DNA of 64,000 nucleotides from Rhodothermales bacterium (lineage in GTDB: Bacteria; Bacteroidota; Rhodothermia; Rhodothermales; VXPQ01). Both the position numbers and the translations under genes were made by a program. Of the stretch, positions 16,185-26,292 are shown one piece after another. Location: positions 1,159,225-1,223,224 of the forward strand of contig OZ220746.1 in assembly GCA_965117025.1 (NCBI GenBank), written 5' to 3'. The first letter of the stretch is position 1, and each line of letters begins with the position of its first letter. A model generated the notes under the pieces. That model was not told the DNA's origin, made no database searches, and saw nothing but the letters and a program-made list of their open reading frames with translations.

Positions 16185-16748
16185 TCATTTGGTCCCCGCA
16201 TACAGAGGATAATCGGCCTCGGCCTTGCCGCTGGCGACGTCCCGAAGCTTGCGCCGCAGAAGACGCCTGCGAAATGCGCTTATGCGATCCACAAAGAAGA
16301 TGCCTTCAAGATGATCCACCTCATGCTGGATCACACGCGCCGGTAACTCCCCCACCTCCAGTTCCTGCGGCTGGAAATGGCGATCCAGATACGTAAGCCG
16401 GATTCGCTCAGAGCGCTTGACCGCCTCGGTTATACCCGGAATGGAAAGACACCCCTCCTCAAATTCGCCTTCTTCTTCACTCTCCCAGATAATCTCGGGA
16501 TTGATGAATGCCATCGGCTGTGACGCCTCCTCCGGCACAGGCTCAAACTGTATTTCCGCTGCCAGATCAGCCACGAAAATACGCTCCGTGCGGCCCACCT
16601 GAGGAGCAGCCAGACCAATGCCCGATGCGCCCCGCATGGTCTCGATCATATCGTCGATAAGTTGCTGGACACTGGCACTGTCCCCGGCGACATCTTCAGC
16701 GCCGTTCCTGAGCACGGGATCACCATATAAACGAACAGGAAGAATCAT
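16185..16748 (-). CDS. def: peptide deformylase
   Basis: MILPVRLYGDPVLR N-terminus (residue 14 of the ORF) and the three PDF motifs: GIGLAAPQVG, EGCLSIPG and QHEVDHLEG. Confidence 0.93.
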   Translation of the reverse strand: MILPVRLYGDPVLRNGAEDVAGDSASVQQLIDDMIETMRGASGIGLAAPQVGRTERIFVADLAAEIQFEPVPEEASQPMAFINPEIIWESEEEGEFEEGCLSIPGITEAVKRSERIRLTYLDRHFQPQELEVGELPARVIQHEVDHLEGIFFVDRISAFRRRLLRRKLRDVASGKAEADYPLYAGTK

Positions 16749-16758
16749 AAGAACCGGA

Positions 16759-17193
16759 TCAGGATGTTTGCTCCTGTGTCTCGTCAATATAATCCTGAAG
16801 AATGACTGCGGCAGCGGCGGCGTCTATTCTTTCCTTCCGCCGGCGGGCTTTCTTCCGAACGCCCGATCGGACCAGCAAATTCCTTGCCCGGACCGAGGAA
16901 TACCGTTCATCCTGCATAACGACTTTCTTGCCGGGAAATCGCCTGGAAAGAAGGCGAATGAAAGACTGCACGATATCCGTAGCCGCTCCCTCCTCGCCCG
17001 ACAGGGTCAAAGGCCATCCCACAACGATCGTGTCAAATCCGGGATCGGTATTCAGGGACGCAAGCTGCCGTATTGCCTCGTCACTGGAGTATGCCCCAAG
17101 GGATTGCGCATACAGCCGAAACGGGTCGGACATGGCCAGGCCGATTCGCTGCGTGCCGTAATCGATACCGATGATGCGAGGCAATGCGTCCAT
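16759..17193 (-). CDS. ruvX: Holliday junction resolvase-like / pre-16S rRNA nuclease YqgF (RuvX)
   Basis: IIGIDYGTQRIGLAMSD N-terminal motif and DERYSS(V) motif, typical of the YqgF family. The start is taken at Met12, downstream of the HU gene stop. Confidence 0.85.
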   Translation of the reverse strand: MDALPRIIGIDYGTQRIGLAMSDPFRLYAQSLGAYSSDEAIRQLASLNTDPGFDTIVVGWPLTLSGEEGAATDIVQSFIRLLSRRFPGKKVVMQDERYSSVRARNLLVRSGVRKKARRRKERIDAAAAAVILQDYIDETQEQTS

Positions 17194-17206
17194 ACAACCT
17201 GATAGC

Positions 17207-17599
17207 CTACGATGCTTCGGCAGCATCAGGGGTTTGCATGGGATCGCCGGCTATATGCTCATCCGGAGTCCGATGCGTCGATTCAGGCAAGGGCTCCTGC
17301 AAAACCTTCTTTAGCCGCTTGCCCGGTCTGAAATGTGTCTTGCGCCGGCCAGGTACAAAAATCGTCTCGTTTGTTCTCGGATTGCGGGCCTTTGGCCTGG
17401 CTTTGGTCTTTTTGACCTCGAATACGCCAAAATCGCGCAACTCGATGCGAACCTCCGGATCGGCATCGATCATGATATCACGGATGGCATGGATAACCGC
17501 TCGAACCCAGGGTTCCACCTTGTAAACCGGCTCGCCCATGGATTCTGCAACCCGACGAGCCACATCTTTCCGGGTCTGCGTACCGGATGCATCGGACAT
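17207..17599 (-). CDS. HU/IHF-family DNA-binding protein with an extended C-terminus
   Basis: The core RIELRDFGVFEVKKTKARPKARNPRTNETIFVPGRRKTHFRPGKRLK matches the Bac_DNA_binding arm motif (GFGxF...RxGRNPxTGE...F.PGK.LK). Confidence 0.85.
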   Translation of the reverse strand: MSDASGTQTRKDVARRVAESMGEPVYKVEPWVRAVIHAIRDIMIDADPEVRIELRDFGVFEVKKTKARPKARNPRTNETIFVPGRRKTHFRPGKRLKKVLQEPLPESTHRTPDEHIAGDPMQTPDAAEAS

Positions 17600-17713
17600 G
17601 GTGGTAGCCTCTCCTATAAGCCTGTGGTATAAATGAACTTATCGGTAAAAAACGAGCAATAGTTTACGGAAAAAAGGAGGCGACTTACAAGCTTCACAGG
17701 CAAAAAAGCCCCA

Positions 17714-19954
17714 TCACTCCTCAAACCGGTACACTCCGTGAATCCCGTCGATGCGCTTTAGCCGCTCAATAAGACGGCGAAGATGCGACAAATCCGTCAC
17801 CGAGCACACGATCGTGCCCTCAAAAACGCCATCCTCGGAATCCACCGTGATGGAACGAATATTTGTTTTCAGGTTTTTGGAAATAACGGTCGTGATATCG
17901 CTTACCATCCCCACGCGATCCTCTCCCATCACGCGCAAGCCGGACAGGAATTGCACGTCTTTCTGCCTGCTCCATTCCACCGATACAATGCGGTCAGGAT
18001 GATTTACGAGCAGGCTGGGGGCGTTCCGGCAATTGATACGATGAATCTTTATGCCGTCACTGCGACTTATGTAGCCGAAAACATCGTCGCCGGGGATCGG
18101 ATTGCAGCAAGGAGCATACCGCGTGACGATATCCGTATGCAATTCACCGTCGATTTCGAGCGCAGGGCGGACCGCCACCTGAGCCGAATCGAGAAAATTT
18201 TCGTACCGCAACCGAAGACCTTCCTGCTCGGCAACCTCTTCTTCTTCCTTTCGCCCACGGGACTCGTTCCTGACGAACTCCACAAAATCCTTCGCATCAA
18301 AAAGTCCCGTTCCAATCTCATAGAACATTTGTTGGGTGTTCGGAAACTTGAGCCGGTTGGCTGCCCTGCGCAACTTCTGCGCGTCAACATCCAGACTGGC
18401 CTTGTCCAGTTTTTTCTCGAGCATTTCCCGACCCAGGTCAATACTGCGACGGCGCTTCTCATTGATTAAATGCCGTACTCTACTGCGCGCCTTGTGTGTA
18501 ACGACAAACTTCATCCAGTCCGGATTCGGCGTTTGCTTCTTCGATGTGATGATCTCCACCTGATCACCGCTCTGAAGTTTGTAGGAAAGCGGCACCATCC
18601 TGCCGTTCACTTTCGCCCCGATGCAATGCATGCCTATTTCGGTATGCACCTGAAAGGCAAAATCGACAGGGGTCGCATTCCGGGGCAGTGTCATCAAATC
18701 CCCCTTGGGGGTGAAAATGTATATTTCTTCGTCATACAGATTGAGTCGAAACTCCTTGACAAACTCCGTGGCATGTTCGGGGTTGGGATTTTCAAGAATA
18801 TCCCGCACCCATACAAGGAATTGCTCCATCCCCCGGTCCTGATCACTCACGGCCTCCTTGTACTTCCAGTGCGCCGCCACGCCGCGCTCGGCGATGGCAT
18901 GCATTTCCTCCGTGCGGATCTGCACTTCCACCCGCCGCCCCGTGGGACCAAGAACCGTCGTGTGCAGACTCTGGTAGCCGTTGGACTTGGGCACCGAAAT
19001 AAAATCCCGGAAGCGTTCCGGCAACGGTTTGTACAAATCCGTAATGATCGAATACACCCTCCAGCAATCTTCTTTTCCTTTTTTTCCGGTGCTTTTCAGG
19101 ACAATACGAATGGCAAGCAAGTCGTATATCTCTTCAATCGGCTTATCCGTCCGTTTCATCTTCCGCCAGATCGAATAAAGATTCTTCGACCGGCCGGCCA
19201 TCTCGAAATCGAAGCCATCGCTCTCGAGACGCTCCCGCAACGGTTCGATAAAACGACGCACATAGCCGTCCCGCTCGACTTTGGACGCCTGCAAACTTCG
19301 CACAATATCGCGGTATTCTTCCGGGTGGAGGATTTTCAGGGAAATATCTTCCAACTCGGCCTTGATGACGTGCAGCCCGAAACGATGGGCAAGCGGCGCA
19401 AAGAGATCCAGGGTCTCGCTTGCAATCTTGAGTTGTTTTTGTTTGGGAAGGGACTCGATGGTGCGCAGATTGTGCAAACGATCTGCAAACTTTATGAGAA
19501 TGACACGAATGTCCGTCGCCATGGAAAGCATGAGCTTGCGGACATTTTCTGCCTGACCCAGTTCGCGGTTCCAGGAAACTCCCCGGATCTTGGTCAATCC
19601 ATCGACGATGTTCGACACCGTGTCGCCGAATTCTTCTCGTATGAGATCCAGGGAAAACTCGGTGTCTTCCACGGTGTCGTGTAATAGCGCCGAGACGACA
19701 CTTATGTCATCAAAACCGATATCCCTGGCCACGATCACCGCTACCTCGATCGGATGCGTAATGAATCGTTCCCCCGAGGCTCGCCGGTCGTTGCGATGCG
19801 CCCAGTAGCCCAGCATGAAGGCGCGACGGATCATATCCTCATCCGCCGACCGCAGAGATTCGCGGCACGCATCAAGCAATTCGTCGAGCCCGGCTTCGAA
19901 TTCCGGTTCGACCTGCAAGTCGGTATTGCTAAGGATGGAAGAAGCTCGCAACAT
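17714..19954 (-). CDS. spoT: bifunctional (p)ppGpp synthetase/hydrolase, RelA/SpoT family
   Basis: HD hydrolase motif (HPIEVA...LLHDTVEDT), the RelA_SpoT synthetase region (YRSLHTTV-like QSLHTTVLGP), a TGS domain (IYIFTPKGDLMTLPRNATPVDFAFQVHTEIG) and a C-terminal ACT domain. The start is taken at Met23 (MLRASS...). Confidence 0.93.
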   Translation of the reverse strand: MLRASSILSNTDLQVEPEFEAGLDELLDACRESLRSADEDMIRRAFMLGYWAHRNDRRASGERFITHPIEVAVIVARDIGFDDISVVSALLHDTVEDTEFSLDLIREEFGDTVSNIVDGLTKIRGVSWNRELGQAENVRKLMLSMATDIRVILIKFADRLHNLRTIESLPKQKQLKIASETLDLFAPLAHRFGLHVIKAELEDISLKILHPEEYRDIVRSLQASKVERDGYVRRFIEPLRERLESDGFDFEMAGRSKNLYSIWRKMKRTDKPIEEIYDLLAIRIVLKSTGKKGKEDCWRVYSIITDLYKPLPERFRDFISVPKSNGYQSLHTTVLGPTGRRVEVQIRTEEMHAIAERGVAAHWKYKEAVSDQDRGMEQFLVWVRDILENPNPEHATEFVKEFRLNLYDEEIYIFTPKGDLMTLPRNATPVDFAFQVHTEIGMHCIGAKVNGRMVPLSYKLQSGDQVEIITSKKQTPNPDWMKFVVTHKARSRVRHLINEKRRRSIDLGREMLEKKLDKASLDVDAQKLRRAANRLKFPNTQQMFYEIGTGLFDAKDFVEFVRNESRGRKEEEEVAEQEGLRLRYENFLDSAQVAVRPALEIDGELHTDIVTRYAPCCNPIPGDDVFGYISRSDGIKIHRINCRNAPSLLVNHPDRIVSVEWSRQKDVQFLSGLRVMGEDRVGMVSDITTVISKNLKTNIRSITVDSEDGVFEGTIVCSVTDLSHLRRLIERLKRIDGIHGVYRFEE

Positions 19955-20066
19955 GGAATGGTTGGCTAAACCATCGGGATATGCATGCGACCGTATGCGG
20001 ACACCCACAAATAACAACATCTAAAAGATTAAATCTCGCTTCCTGCGCACGGTTTCCCCTGTCCTT

Positions 20067-21551
20067 TCATTGCGCTATGAAGCGCTCCACCTCGCTGTGA
20101 ACACGCGCAACGGTTTCGCTGGAGGGCGGCGATGTCATACAGGAGACCCCCACAGCAACCGATGCGTTCACGAAGAGAGCCCATAACCCGCCGTGTACGC
20201 CTAACGGGTGAGGGAATACGACCAGCGTAAGCCAGAGAATAATCATCCCGACAGCCAATCCGGCCAGTACGCCCGCCCTGCTGAGCGAGCGGCCGCCGGG
20301 AAAGCATATACCAACAATGGCAGGCATGAGTTGGAGTGCGCCTGCCCCGGATAGCGTAATGATGTGCACAAGGAGGTCACTCTTGGTCAGCGATAAAATG
20401 CAGGCTACCACAAGAAGCGCAAGCACAATGATGCGCCCCACAAAAACGTAGTGCGCCTGACTTTTTCCCCGCGCCACATAGCGCTGGTACACATCGCGCG
20501 TGAGCACCGTCATGTTCGCGTGCAGGATGGAATCCAGGGTAGACATGGCAGCCGCCGCAGCCCCGGCAAGAATAACGCCGGTAAGCCACGCCGGGGCATG
20601 CGCGAAAAGCAATTCGGGGAAAATGCGGTCAGCCGCTTCCAGTTCCGGCATGACCAGTGCTCCACCCAGTCCTACGAGTGCTGCAGGAATATAAAGCGTC
20701 ATCAAATAGACAGGCGTAGTTGCGCCGAGCAGCTTGAGCGTCTTGCCGTCCACCGCCGTGTAATAGCGAATCATCATGTGCGGCTGAAAAACGATCCCGA
20801 AGGAAAGCGTAATCACCATCCCGATCCACATACCGGGCGTGAAAAAGCCCGAAGGACCCGGAAGCGTGAGCAAATCGGGCCGCTCCAAAGCAACGCGACG
20901 CCATAATTCGAACGGACCCCCGAAAAGTTCGAAGGAAAGTAGAAGGGCCCCTGCCCAGATAGCGATATACATCCAGACGCCCTGCAGCACATCGGTCCAG
21001 TAGACCGCGCGCAATCCCCCAATCATAAGATGTACTACTGCCACGACAAGCATGACAATAACGCCGATCTCGAAGGAAATACGTCCACCGGAGGCTACAT
21101 CCATGATGTAGCCGAGGGCAATCGCTTGCACCTGAATGTAGAGAATGGTGAACACCACGGAGACGATCGCGACCGCTATACGCACCGCCTCCGACTCGTA
21201 AAAATCGGCGAGCATATCCGCCGGCGTAACGTACCCGAACGCTTTACCCAGTGCCCAGATGCGGGAACCGAGTACGTACGTGATGGCGCCCACAAGCACG
21301 GTCCACGCCCCTGCAGCCCAGAAACCGATCCCGTGCGTAAAGAAAAAGCCTCCCGAGCCGAGAAAAGCAAACGCCGAATGGAAGGTGGCAACAACCGTAA
21401 GATAAAGCACTACGAAGCCGGCTCGGCGTCCGTAGAGAAAGAAATCCTCCATGTCGACCGTCAAACGACGGCCCGCCACTACGGCCAATCCGAGCGTGAC
21501 CAGCAGATAGATACCAATCAGGCCGGTAGCGACAACCCAGGTTTCCATCAT
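20067..21551 (-). CDS. sodium:solute symporter (SSS) family transporter
   Basis: 494-aa polytopic membrane protein with SSS-like segments (GRRAGFVVLYLTVVATFHSAFAFLG, WTDVLQGVWM). It is preceded by a DUF3311-like small membrane protein, which is a common pairing. Confidence 0.8.
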   Translation of the reverse strand: MMETWVVATGLIGIYLLVTLGLAVVAGRRLTVDMEDFFLYGRRAGFVVLYLTVVATFHSAFAFLGSGGFFFTHGIGFWAAGAWTVLVGAITYVLGSRIWALGKAFGYVTPADMLADFYESEAVRIAVAIVSVVFTILYIQVQAIALGYIMDVASGGRISFEIGVIVMLVVAVVHLMIGGLRAVYWTDVLQGVWMYIAIWAGALLLSFELFGGPFELWRRVALERPDLLTLPGPSGFFTPGMWIGMVITLSFGIVFQPHMMIRYYTAVDGKTLKLLGATTPVYLMTLYIPAALVGLGGALVMPELEAADRIFPELLFAHAPAWLTGVILAGAAAAAMSTLDSILHANMTVLTRDVYQRYVARGKSQAHYVFVGRIIVLALLVVACILSLTKSDLLVHIITLSGAGALQLMPAIVGICFPGGRSLSRAGVLAGLAVGMIILWLTLVVFPHPLGVHGGLWALFVNASVAVGVSCMTSPPSSETVARVHSEVERFIAQ

Positions 21552-21586
21552 GCGGCCCTAACAAGGTGAAAGAATTTCTCCGACGA

Positions 21587-21844
21587 CTACACGCCCCGTC
21601 GATACGCCAGAATCAGCACGGCGATGAGGGCCACATAGATAACAAACAGTGCCGCATATAAAAAAGGCACTCCGAAGAAAGACGGTTCTATCCTATTCAG
21701 AAAAGCATGGGTGACCGGAGGCATCGCGAGCAGAAACAACGCGGCGAAGGCAACGGTTACGATGCGCCCGTCACGGGTGCGAGGAAGGAATCGGCGACGT
21801 GGAGGAGATGAGAAAGACATAGAGGAAAATACGAAGGGCGCCAC
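21587..21844 (-). CDS. small two-TM membrane protein (DUF3311-like) coupled to the symporter
   Basis: 85 aa with two hydrophobic helices (IVTVAFAALFLLAMPPV, LYAALFVIYVALIAVLILAY). It lies immediately upstream of the SSS gene on the same strand. Confidence 0.55.
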   Translation of the reverse strand: MAPFVFSSMSFSSPPRRRFLPRTRDGRIVTVAFAALFLLAMPPVTHAFLNRIEPSFFGVPFLYAALFVIYVALIAVLILAYRRGV

Positions 21845-21892
21845 AGCAATGCACCAGGCCCTATCGCACGCCCCGATCTTGTCGTCAGCTAT

Positions 21893-22627
21893 CTACGAGG
21901 ATGCTTCCGACGCCTTGTCGGTCGGCTTCTTCTTTGTATCCTCGGCTTCGGATGCCTCCGCCTTCGCGGGCTTGGATGCTTTCGCCTTCGCGGCCTTGGG
22001 CGCTTCCGTCTTTGTATCCTCGGATGCTTCCGGAACAGGCGCCTCTGCCTCTTTCACCTCTTCAGCCGGTTCCTCGGGGGTTTCCTCCTGCTCATTGGAA
22101 TCTTCAGGAGCTTCCTCCTGCTCGTTAGAATCCTCGGGCGCTTCCACTGCAGGGGTCTCGTCTGCCTCTGGTGTGGTCGCAGGCGTTACCGGCCTGGCGC
22201 TGCGCCGGCGGCCGCGCCGTGTCCGTTTGCCGGTTTTCTGCGAGCCGGATCCGGTCGCTGTGTCCGCTTCATTGTAATCAACAAGTTCAATAATAGCCAT
22301 GGGGGCGGCATCTCCTGCACGGCGGCCAATCCTGACAACGCGCGTATACCCGCCCGGGCGCTCTCCAATCTTTTCGGCTACTTCGGTGAACAGGGTCGTG
22401 ACGGCCTGTTTGTCCCGCAAATGCCGAAACGCCTGCCGCCGATTATGCTGAGAATCGTCTTTGGCCCGGGTAATAATGGGCTCGATGAAGGTGCGCAGGG
22501 CCTTGGCCCGCGGCACCGTCGTCGTCACGCGCTTGTGTGTGATCAGCGCATTGCTCAACGCTACGAGCGTGGCCTTGCGATGGGATGCAGTACGCCCCAG
22601 CTTGTGCCGCTTTCTCTGGTGTCTCAT
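21893..22627 (-). CDS. rplQ: 50S ribosomal protein L17 with a ~125-aa acidic/Ala/Lys-rich C-terminal extension
   Basis: MRHQRKRHKLGRTASHRKATLVALSNALITHKRVTTTVPRAKALR is canonical L17. The conserved core ends near AIIELVDY (about residue 118) and the remaining residues are low complexity. Confidence 0.92.
   Translation of the reverse strand: MRHQRKRHKLGRTASHRKATLVALSNALITHKRVTTTVPRAKALRTFIEPIITRAKDDSQHNRRQAFRHLRDKQAVTTLFTEVAEKIGERPGGYTRVVRIGRRAGDAAPMAIIELVDYNEADTATGSGSQKTGKRTRRGRRRSARPVTPATTPEADETPAVEAPEDSNEQEEAPEDSNEQEETPEEPAEEVKEAEAPVPEASEDTKTEAPKAAKAKASKPAKAEASEAEDTKKKPTDKASEASS
22082..22141. repeat. 30-nt tandem duplication inside the rplQ tail (APEDSNEQEE x2)
   Basis: Residues 163-172 and 173-182 are identical at the protein level. 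At the DNA level the two units are near-identical: cctcctgctcattggaatcttcaggagctt and cctcctgctcgttagaatcctcgggcgctt. Confidence 0.8.
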
Positions 22628-22636
22628 AATATCCGG

Positions 22637-23617
22637 CTACGCCTTTTCCTCGTATTTTTCCTCACTCATTCCAAAATGCAGACCGCGATCATTAAGCACG
22701 TGAACCAGTTCCTGCAACGATTTGCGCCCGAAATTCCGGAATTTCAGCATCTCCGATTCCTCTCGGCTGACCAGATCGCCGATATTCGTGATATTGGCGG
22801 CTTTCAGACAATTCTGTGCACGTACGGACAAGTCCAGTTCATCCACGGGTTGTACAAGCAATTCGCGAATACGCTGCGTTTCCGTATCGACGACCTCTGC
22901 CTTCTCGGCAGGATCAGGTACGCTGTCCATCGAAATAAACAGGTCCACATGATTCCGCAGAATGGTCGCGCCCTGCATCAGCGCGTCCTCTGCCGAAATG
23001 GAACCGTCCGTGTCGATCTCCATCGTCAGGTATTCGTAATCTATCTTTTGCCCGACACGCGTCGGCTTGACCGAATACCGGACATTCCGGATGGGTGTAA
23101 AGATGGCATCAATGGCAATCACCCCTATCGGATCGTCGGCGCGCTTGTTTTCGTCAGCAGGTATGTACCCCCTCCCCCGCTCAATGCGCAACTCAACGCT
23201 CAGCGCCGCATTCTCATCCAGCGTGGCGATGTGATGATCCGGATTGAGCACTTCGTAATCATTCGTTGCGGCGCCGATATCTTTGGCCGTGAAGGAACCG
23301 GGGCCTCGGATCACAAGATGTATAGCGCCGTCTTCCGCCTCTTCGGACGCACGAAAGCGTACTTCCTTGAAATTCAGAATGATATCGGCCACATCTTCGG
23401 TTACGCCCTCGATCGTCGAAAACTCATGCTGTACGCCGTCGATCCGCACCCCTGTGATGGCAACGCCTTCGAGCGATGACAAAAGAACACGCCGCATCGC
23501 GTTCCCTATCGTTACGCCGTACCCGCGTTCGAGAGGCTGTAACGAAAACCGCCCGGAAAACTCCGATGCATCTTCAATCTGAATACCGTCCGGCATATGG
23601 ATTACATGATTGCTCAT
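22637..23617 (-). CDS. rpoA: DNA-directed RNA polymerase alpha subunit
   Basis: 326 aa. The N-terminal domain contains LERGYGVTIGNAMRRVLLSSL. The C-terminal domain contains the HhH region LDLSVRAQNCLKAANITNIGDL. Confidence 0.96.
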   Translation of the reverse strand: MSNHVIHMPDGIQIEDASEFSGRFSLQPLERGYGVTIGNAMRRVLLSSLEGVAITGVRIDGVQHEFSTIEGVTEDVADIILNFKEVRFRASEEAEDGAIHLVIRGPGSFTAKDIGAATNDYEVLNPDHHIATLDENAALSVELRIERGRGYIPADENKRADDPIGVIAIDAIFTPIRNVRYSVKPTRVGQKIDYEYLTMEIDTDGSISAEDALMQGATILRNHVDLFISMDSVPDPAEKAEVVDTETQRIRELLVQPVDELDLSVRAQNCLKAANITNIGDLVSREESEMLKFRNFGRKSLQELVHVLNDRGLHFGMSEEKYEEKA

Positions 23618-23698
23618 GGCTTCTCAATCGGTCAAAGTCTTGCAAGGGTGAAATAGCGGATGCCGTAACACATCGGTTCGGCAAGAATCGTCAAGCAA

Positions 23699-24301
23699 CT
23701 ACTTCGAATACAACTCGACGATCAACTGCTCGCGGATATTTTCCGGAATGTCTTCCCGGGCCGGCATATCCAGCATTTTGCCTCGGAGATCGCCGCGATC
23801 GACCTCGAGCCAGGCGAAAGCCCGTCGGTTCTGCGTAACCGACTCCATGATCGGCCGCATGGCGCGGCTTCTCGGTCGAACCGCAATCGTATCGCCCGGA
23901 CGCAGTTGCGCCGACGGGATATTTACGATCTGGTCATTCACCATGATGTGTCCATGGTTTACCAGTTGCCGGGCCTGACGCCTCGTACGCGCAAAACCAA
24001 GGCGAAACACCGTATTGTCCAGTCTGGCTTCCAGGAATTTCAGCAGGTTTTCCCCGGTGACGCCTTTCTTTCGGGATGCCTTTTCAAACAGGTTGCGAAA
24101 CTGGCGTTCCTGGAGGCCATACGTATACCGTGCCTTTTGTTTTTCCTTCAACTGCACGGCATATTCGCTCTCTCTGGAACGACGTCCCTGCCCGTGCTGG
24201 CCTGGCGGATACAACTTGCGCTCAAGCGCCTTACTCGGACCGAAAATCGGTTCCTTGAAGCGCCGGGCAACTTTCTGTTTGGGGCCTCTGTATCGAGCCA
24301 T
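23699..24301 (-). CDS. rpsD: 30S ribosomal protein S4
   Basis: MARYRGPKQKVARRFKEPIFG is the canonical S4 N-terminus, and an S4 RNA-binding domain is present. Confidence 0.96.
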   Translation of the reverse strand: MARYRGPKQKVARRFKEPIFGPSKALERKLYPPGQHGQGRRSRESEYAVQLKEKQKARYTYGLQERQFRNLFEKASRKKGVTGENLLKFLEARLDNTVFRLGFARTRRQARQLVNHGHIMVNDQIVNIPSAQLRPGDTIAVRPRSRAMRPIMESVTQNRRAFAWLEVDRGDLRGKMLDMPAREDIPENIREQLIVELYSK

Positions 24302-24351
24302 TATCGCTGTCTGCTGTTCTTAACTTTCTTCAACAAGTAGCACTGCTACCA

Positions 24352-24762
24352 TCACACGCGGCGGCGTTTCGGGGAACGACAGCCGTTATGAGGAATGGGC
24401 GTTACATCCCGGATTGACGCAATATCGAGCCCCGCGCTGGCAAGCGCCCGAATGGCCGACTCCCGCCCCGATCCAGGACCCTTCACATACACATCTACAC
24501 GCCGCAGGCCCAAGCCATGCGCCTCTTCGGCAGCGGTCGTAGCCGCTACCTGCGCCGCATACGGCGTATTTTTGCGGCTGCCTTTGAAACCCATCTTGCC
24601 GGAACTGGCCCACGAAATGACATTTCCGTACTGGTCCGTCAAGGTTACGATCACGTTGTTGAACGTAGCCTTGATATGCGCCTGTCCATTCGACTCGACG
24701 ATAACGTTCCGTTTCCGGGCCGAACGGCCGGAACGCCCCGATTTTTGCTGCTTCTTCGCCAT
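24352..24762 (-). CDS. rpsK: 30S ribosomal protein S11
   Basis: [43 protein letters not shown] is the canonical S11 core. Confidence 0.96.
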   Translation of the reverse strand: MAKKQQKSGRSGRSARKRNVIVESNGQAHIKATFNNVIVTLTDQYGNVISWASSGKMGFKGSRKNTPYAAQVAATTAAEEAHGLGLRRVDVYVKGPGSGRESAIRALASAGLDIASIRDVTPIPHNGCRSPKRRRV

Positions 24763-24798
24763 ATAACCCTGAATTTACAAGAGATCGAGACGGTACGA

Positions 24799-25179
24799 TT
24801 ATTTCCGCGGAGCCTTCTTCCTTCCGGCCACGGTCTTCCGACGCCCCTTGCGTGTACGCGCATTTGTACGCGTCCGTTGTCCACGTACAGGGAGTCCCCG
24901 GCGATGCCGAAGACCCCGGTAACAACCGATGTCCATCAATCGCTTGATGTTCATCTGTACTTCCGAACGCAACTGCCCCTCGACAAGGTACTCGTCCTCA
25001 ATAAGGCGCCTCACACTTCGGGTCTGCTCCTCCGTCCAGTCGTTCGGATGCACATCGTGCTTGATGCCGACACGATCAAGGATTTCTTTAGCACGAGAAC
25101 GTCCAATCCCGAAAATCGAGGATAAGGCAATTTCTCCGCGTTTATCTGGAGGTACGTCTACTCCGGCTATTCGAGGCAT
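24799..25179 (-). CDS. rpsM: 30S ribosomal protein S13
   Basis: The internal Met57 of ORF 24799..25347 gives [34 protein letters not shown], the canonical S13 N-terminus. The upstream part of the ORF overlaps rpmJ in another frame. Confidence 0.94.
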   Translation of the reverse strand: MPRIAGVDVPPDKRGEIALSSIFGIGRSRAKEILDRVGIKHDVHPNDWTEEQTRSVRRLIEDEYLVEGQLRSEVQMNIKRLMDIGCYRGLRHRRGLPVRGQRTRTNARTRKGRRKTVAGRKKAPRK

Positions 25180-25240
25180 ATAGTTTCGGGTTTTCCGGCA
25201 GCGTCCGTTCGGAAACGCCGCATCATACACCGAAAGGGTT

Positions 25241-25357
25241 TCAACCCTGTCGCTGTTTGTGCTTCGGGTTTTTTTTGTTGATGACGTAGATGCGCCCTTT
25301 GCGCCGAACGATCTTGTCGTCGGAGCTGCGCTTTTTGACACTGGCACGAACTTTCAT
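25241..25357 (-). CDS. rpmJ: 50S ribosomal protein L36
   Basis: This gene is not in the ORF track because it is under 60 aa. The minus-strand translation is [38 protein letters not shown] (38 aa), a typical non-zinc L36. Confidence 0.9.
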   Translation of the reverse strand: MKVRASVKKRSSDDKIVRRKGRIYVINKKNPKHKQRQG

Positions 25358-25417
25358 GGGTTCGCTCGCTCTCGTTCGTAAAAAATCAAGGTATAGCCTC
25401 TACGTAACGCGCATCGG

Positions 25418-26245
25418 CTACACAGGTTCATAAATTTTGTATGTAGTCGGCGAATCAAAAGCAACGCCGGACACCTCTTCGATATACTCGAAGGTGCTTA
25501 GCACTTCCGCCTTGCCCGAATACACAACCACCATGTGCTCGTAATGCGCCGCAGCTTTCCCGTCCGCCGCGCGAATAGCCCACCCGTTCGGGTCCGTTAC
25601 GATCCTGGCGGTCCCGAGGTTGATCATGGGTTCAATGCATAGCGTCATACCGCGCACCAGTCGGGATCCGGTTCCCGGTTCGCCGACATTCGGCACATTA
25701 GGCTTCTCGTGAAGTTTTTTGCCGATCCCATGGCCTACGAGTTCCCGCACGACGCCATACCCTCTACTTTCACAGTACTCTTGTATGGCAAAGGATATAT
25801 CCCCAATGCGCCCCTCCGTCGTCGCATGCTCAATACCCTTGTATAAGGCTGCGTACGTCGTTTCGCACAAGGCACGCTTTTCGTCAGAAATTTCACCGAC
25901 AGCAAAGGTATAGGCACTATCGCCGTAATAGCCATTCAGCCGCACGCCGCAATCCACTGACAGCAAGTCCCCCTGTCGAAGCGGGCTGTCATTCGGAATG
26001 CCATGTACTATCGTATCGTTTACGGATGTACAGAGCGTGCTGGGAAACACCAGATTACCCACACGATACCCCTTGAACGCCGGTTCGGCGCCATGATCGC
26101 GGATGAATACTTCCGCGATCCGATCCAGCTTGCGCGTCGTGACCCCCGGCTCAATGTACCGTGCTATCTGGCCAAGCGTCCGCCCGACAAGCTTTGCGCT
26201 TTCCCGGAGACGGTCGATTTTGTATGCGCTTTTCGTCAAGGCCAT
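25418..26245 (-). CDS. map: type I methionine aminopeptidase
   Basis: 275 aa with the metal-ligand context typical of MetAP1: VCHGIP-like IVHGIPN, DCGVRLNGYYGDSA, HGIGKKLHE and CIEPM. Confidence 0.94.
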   Translation of the reverse strand: MALTKSAYKIDRLRESAKLVGRTLGQIARYIEPGVTTRKLDRIAEVFIRDHGAEPAFKGYRVGNLVFPSTLCTSVNDTIVHGIPNDSPLRQGDLLSVDCGVRLNGYYGDSAYTFAVGEISDEKRALCETTYAALYKGIEHATTEGRIGDISFAIQEYCESRGYGVVRELVGHGIGKKLHEKPNVPNVGEPGTGSRLVRGMTLCIEPMINLGTARIVTDPNGWAIRAADGKAAAHYEHMVVVYSGKAEVLSTFEYIEEVSGVAFDSPTTYKIYEPV

Positions 26246-26292
26246 GGGCTCGGAAAGGCGGGGACGGTCTTACGACCGGACTACCGCCGCTA

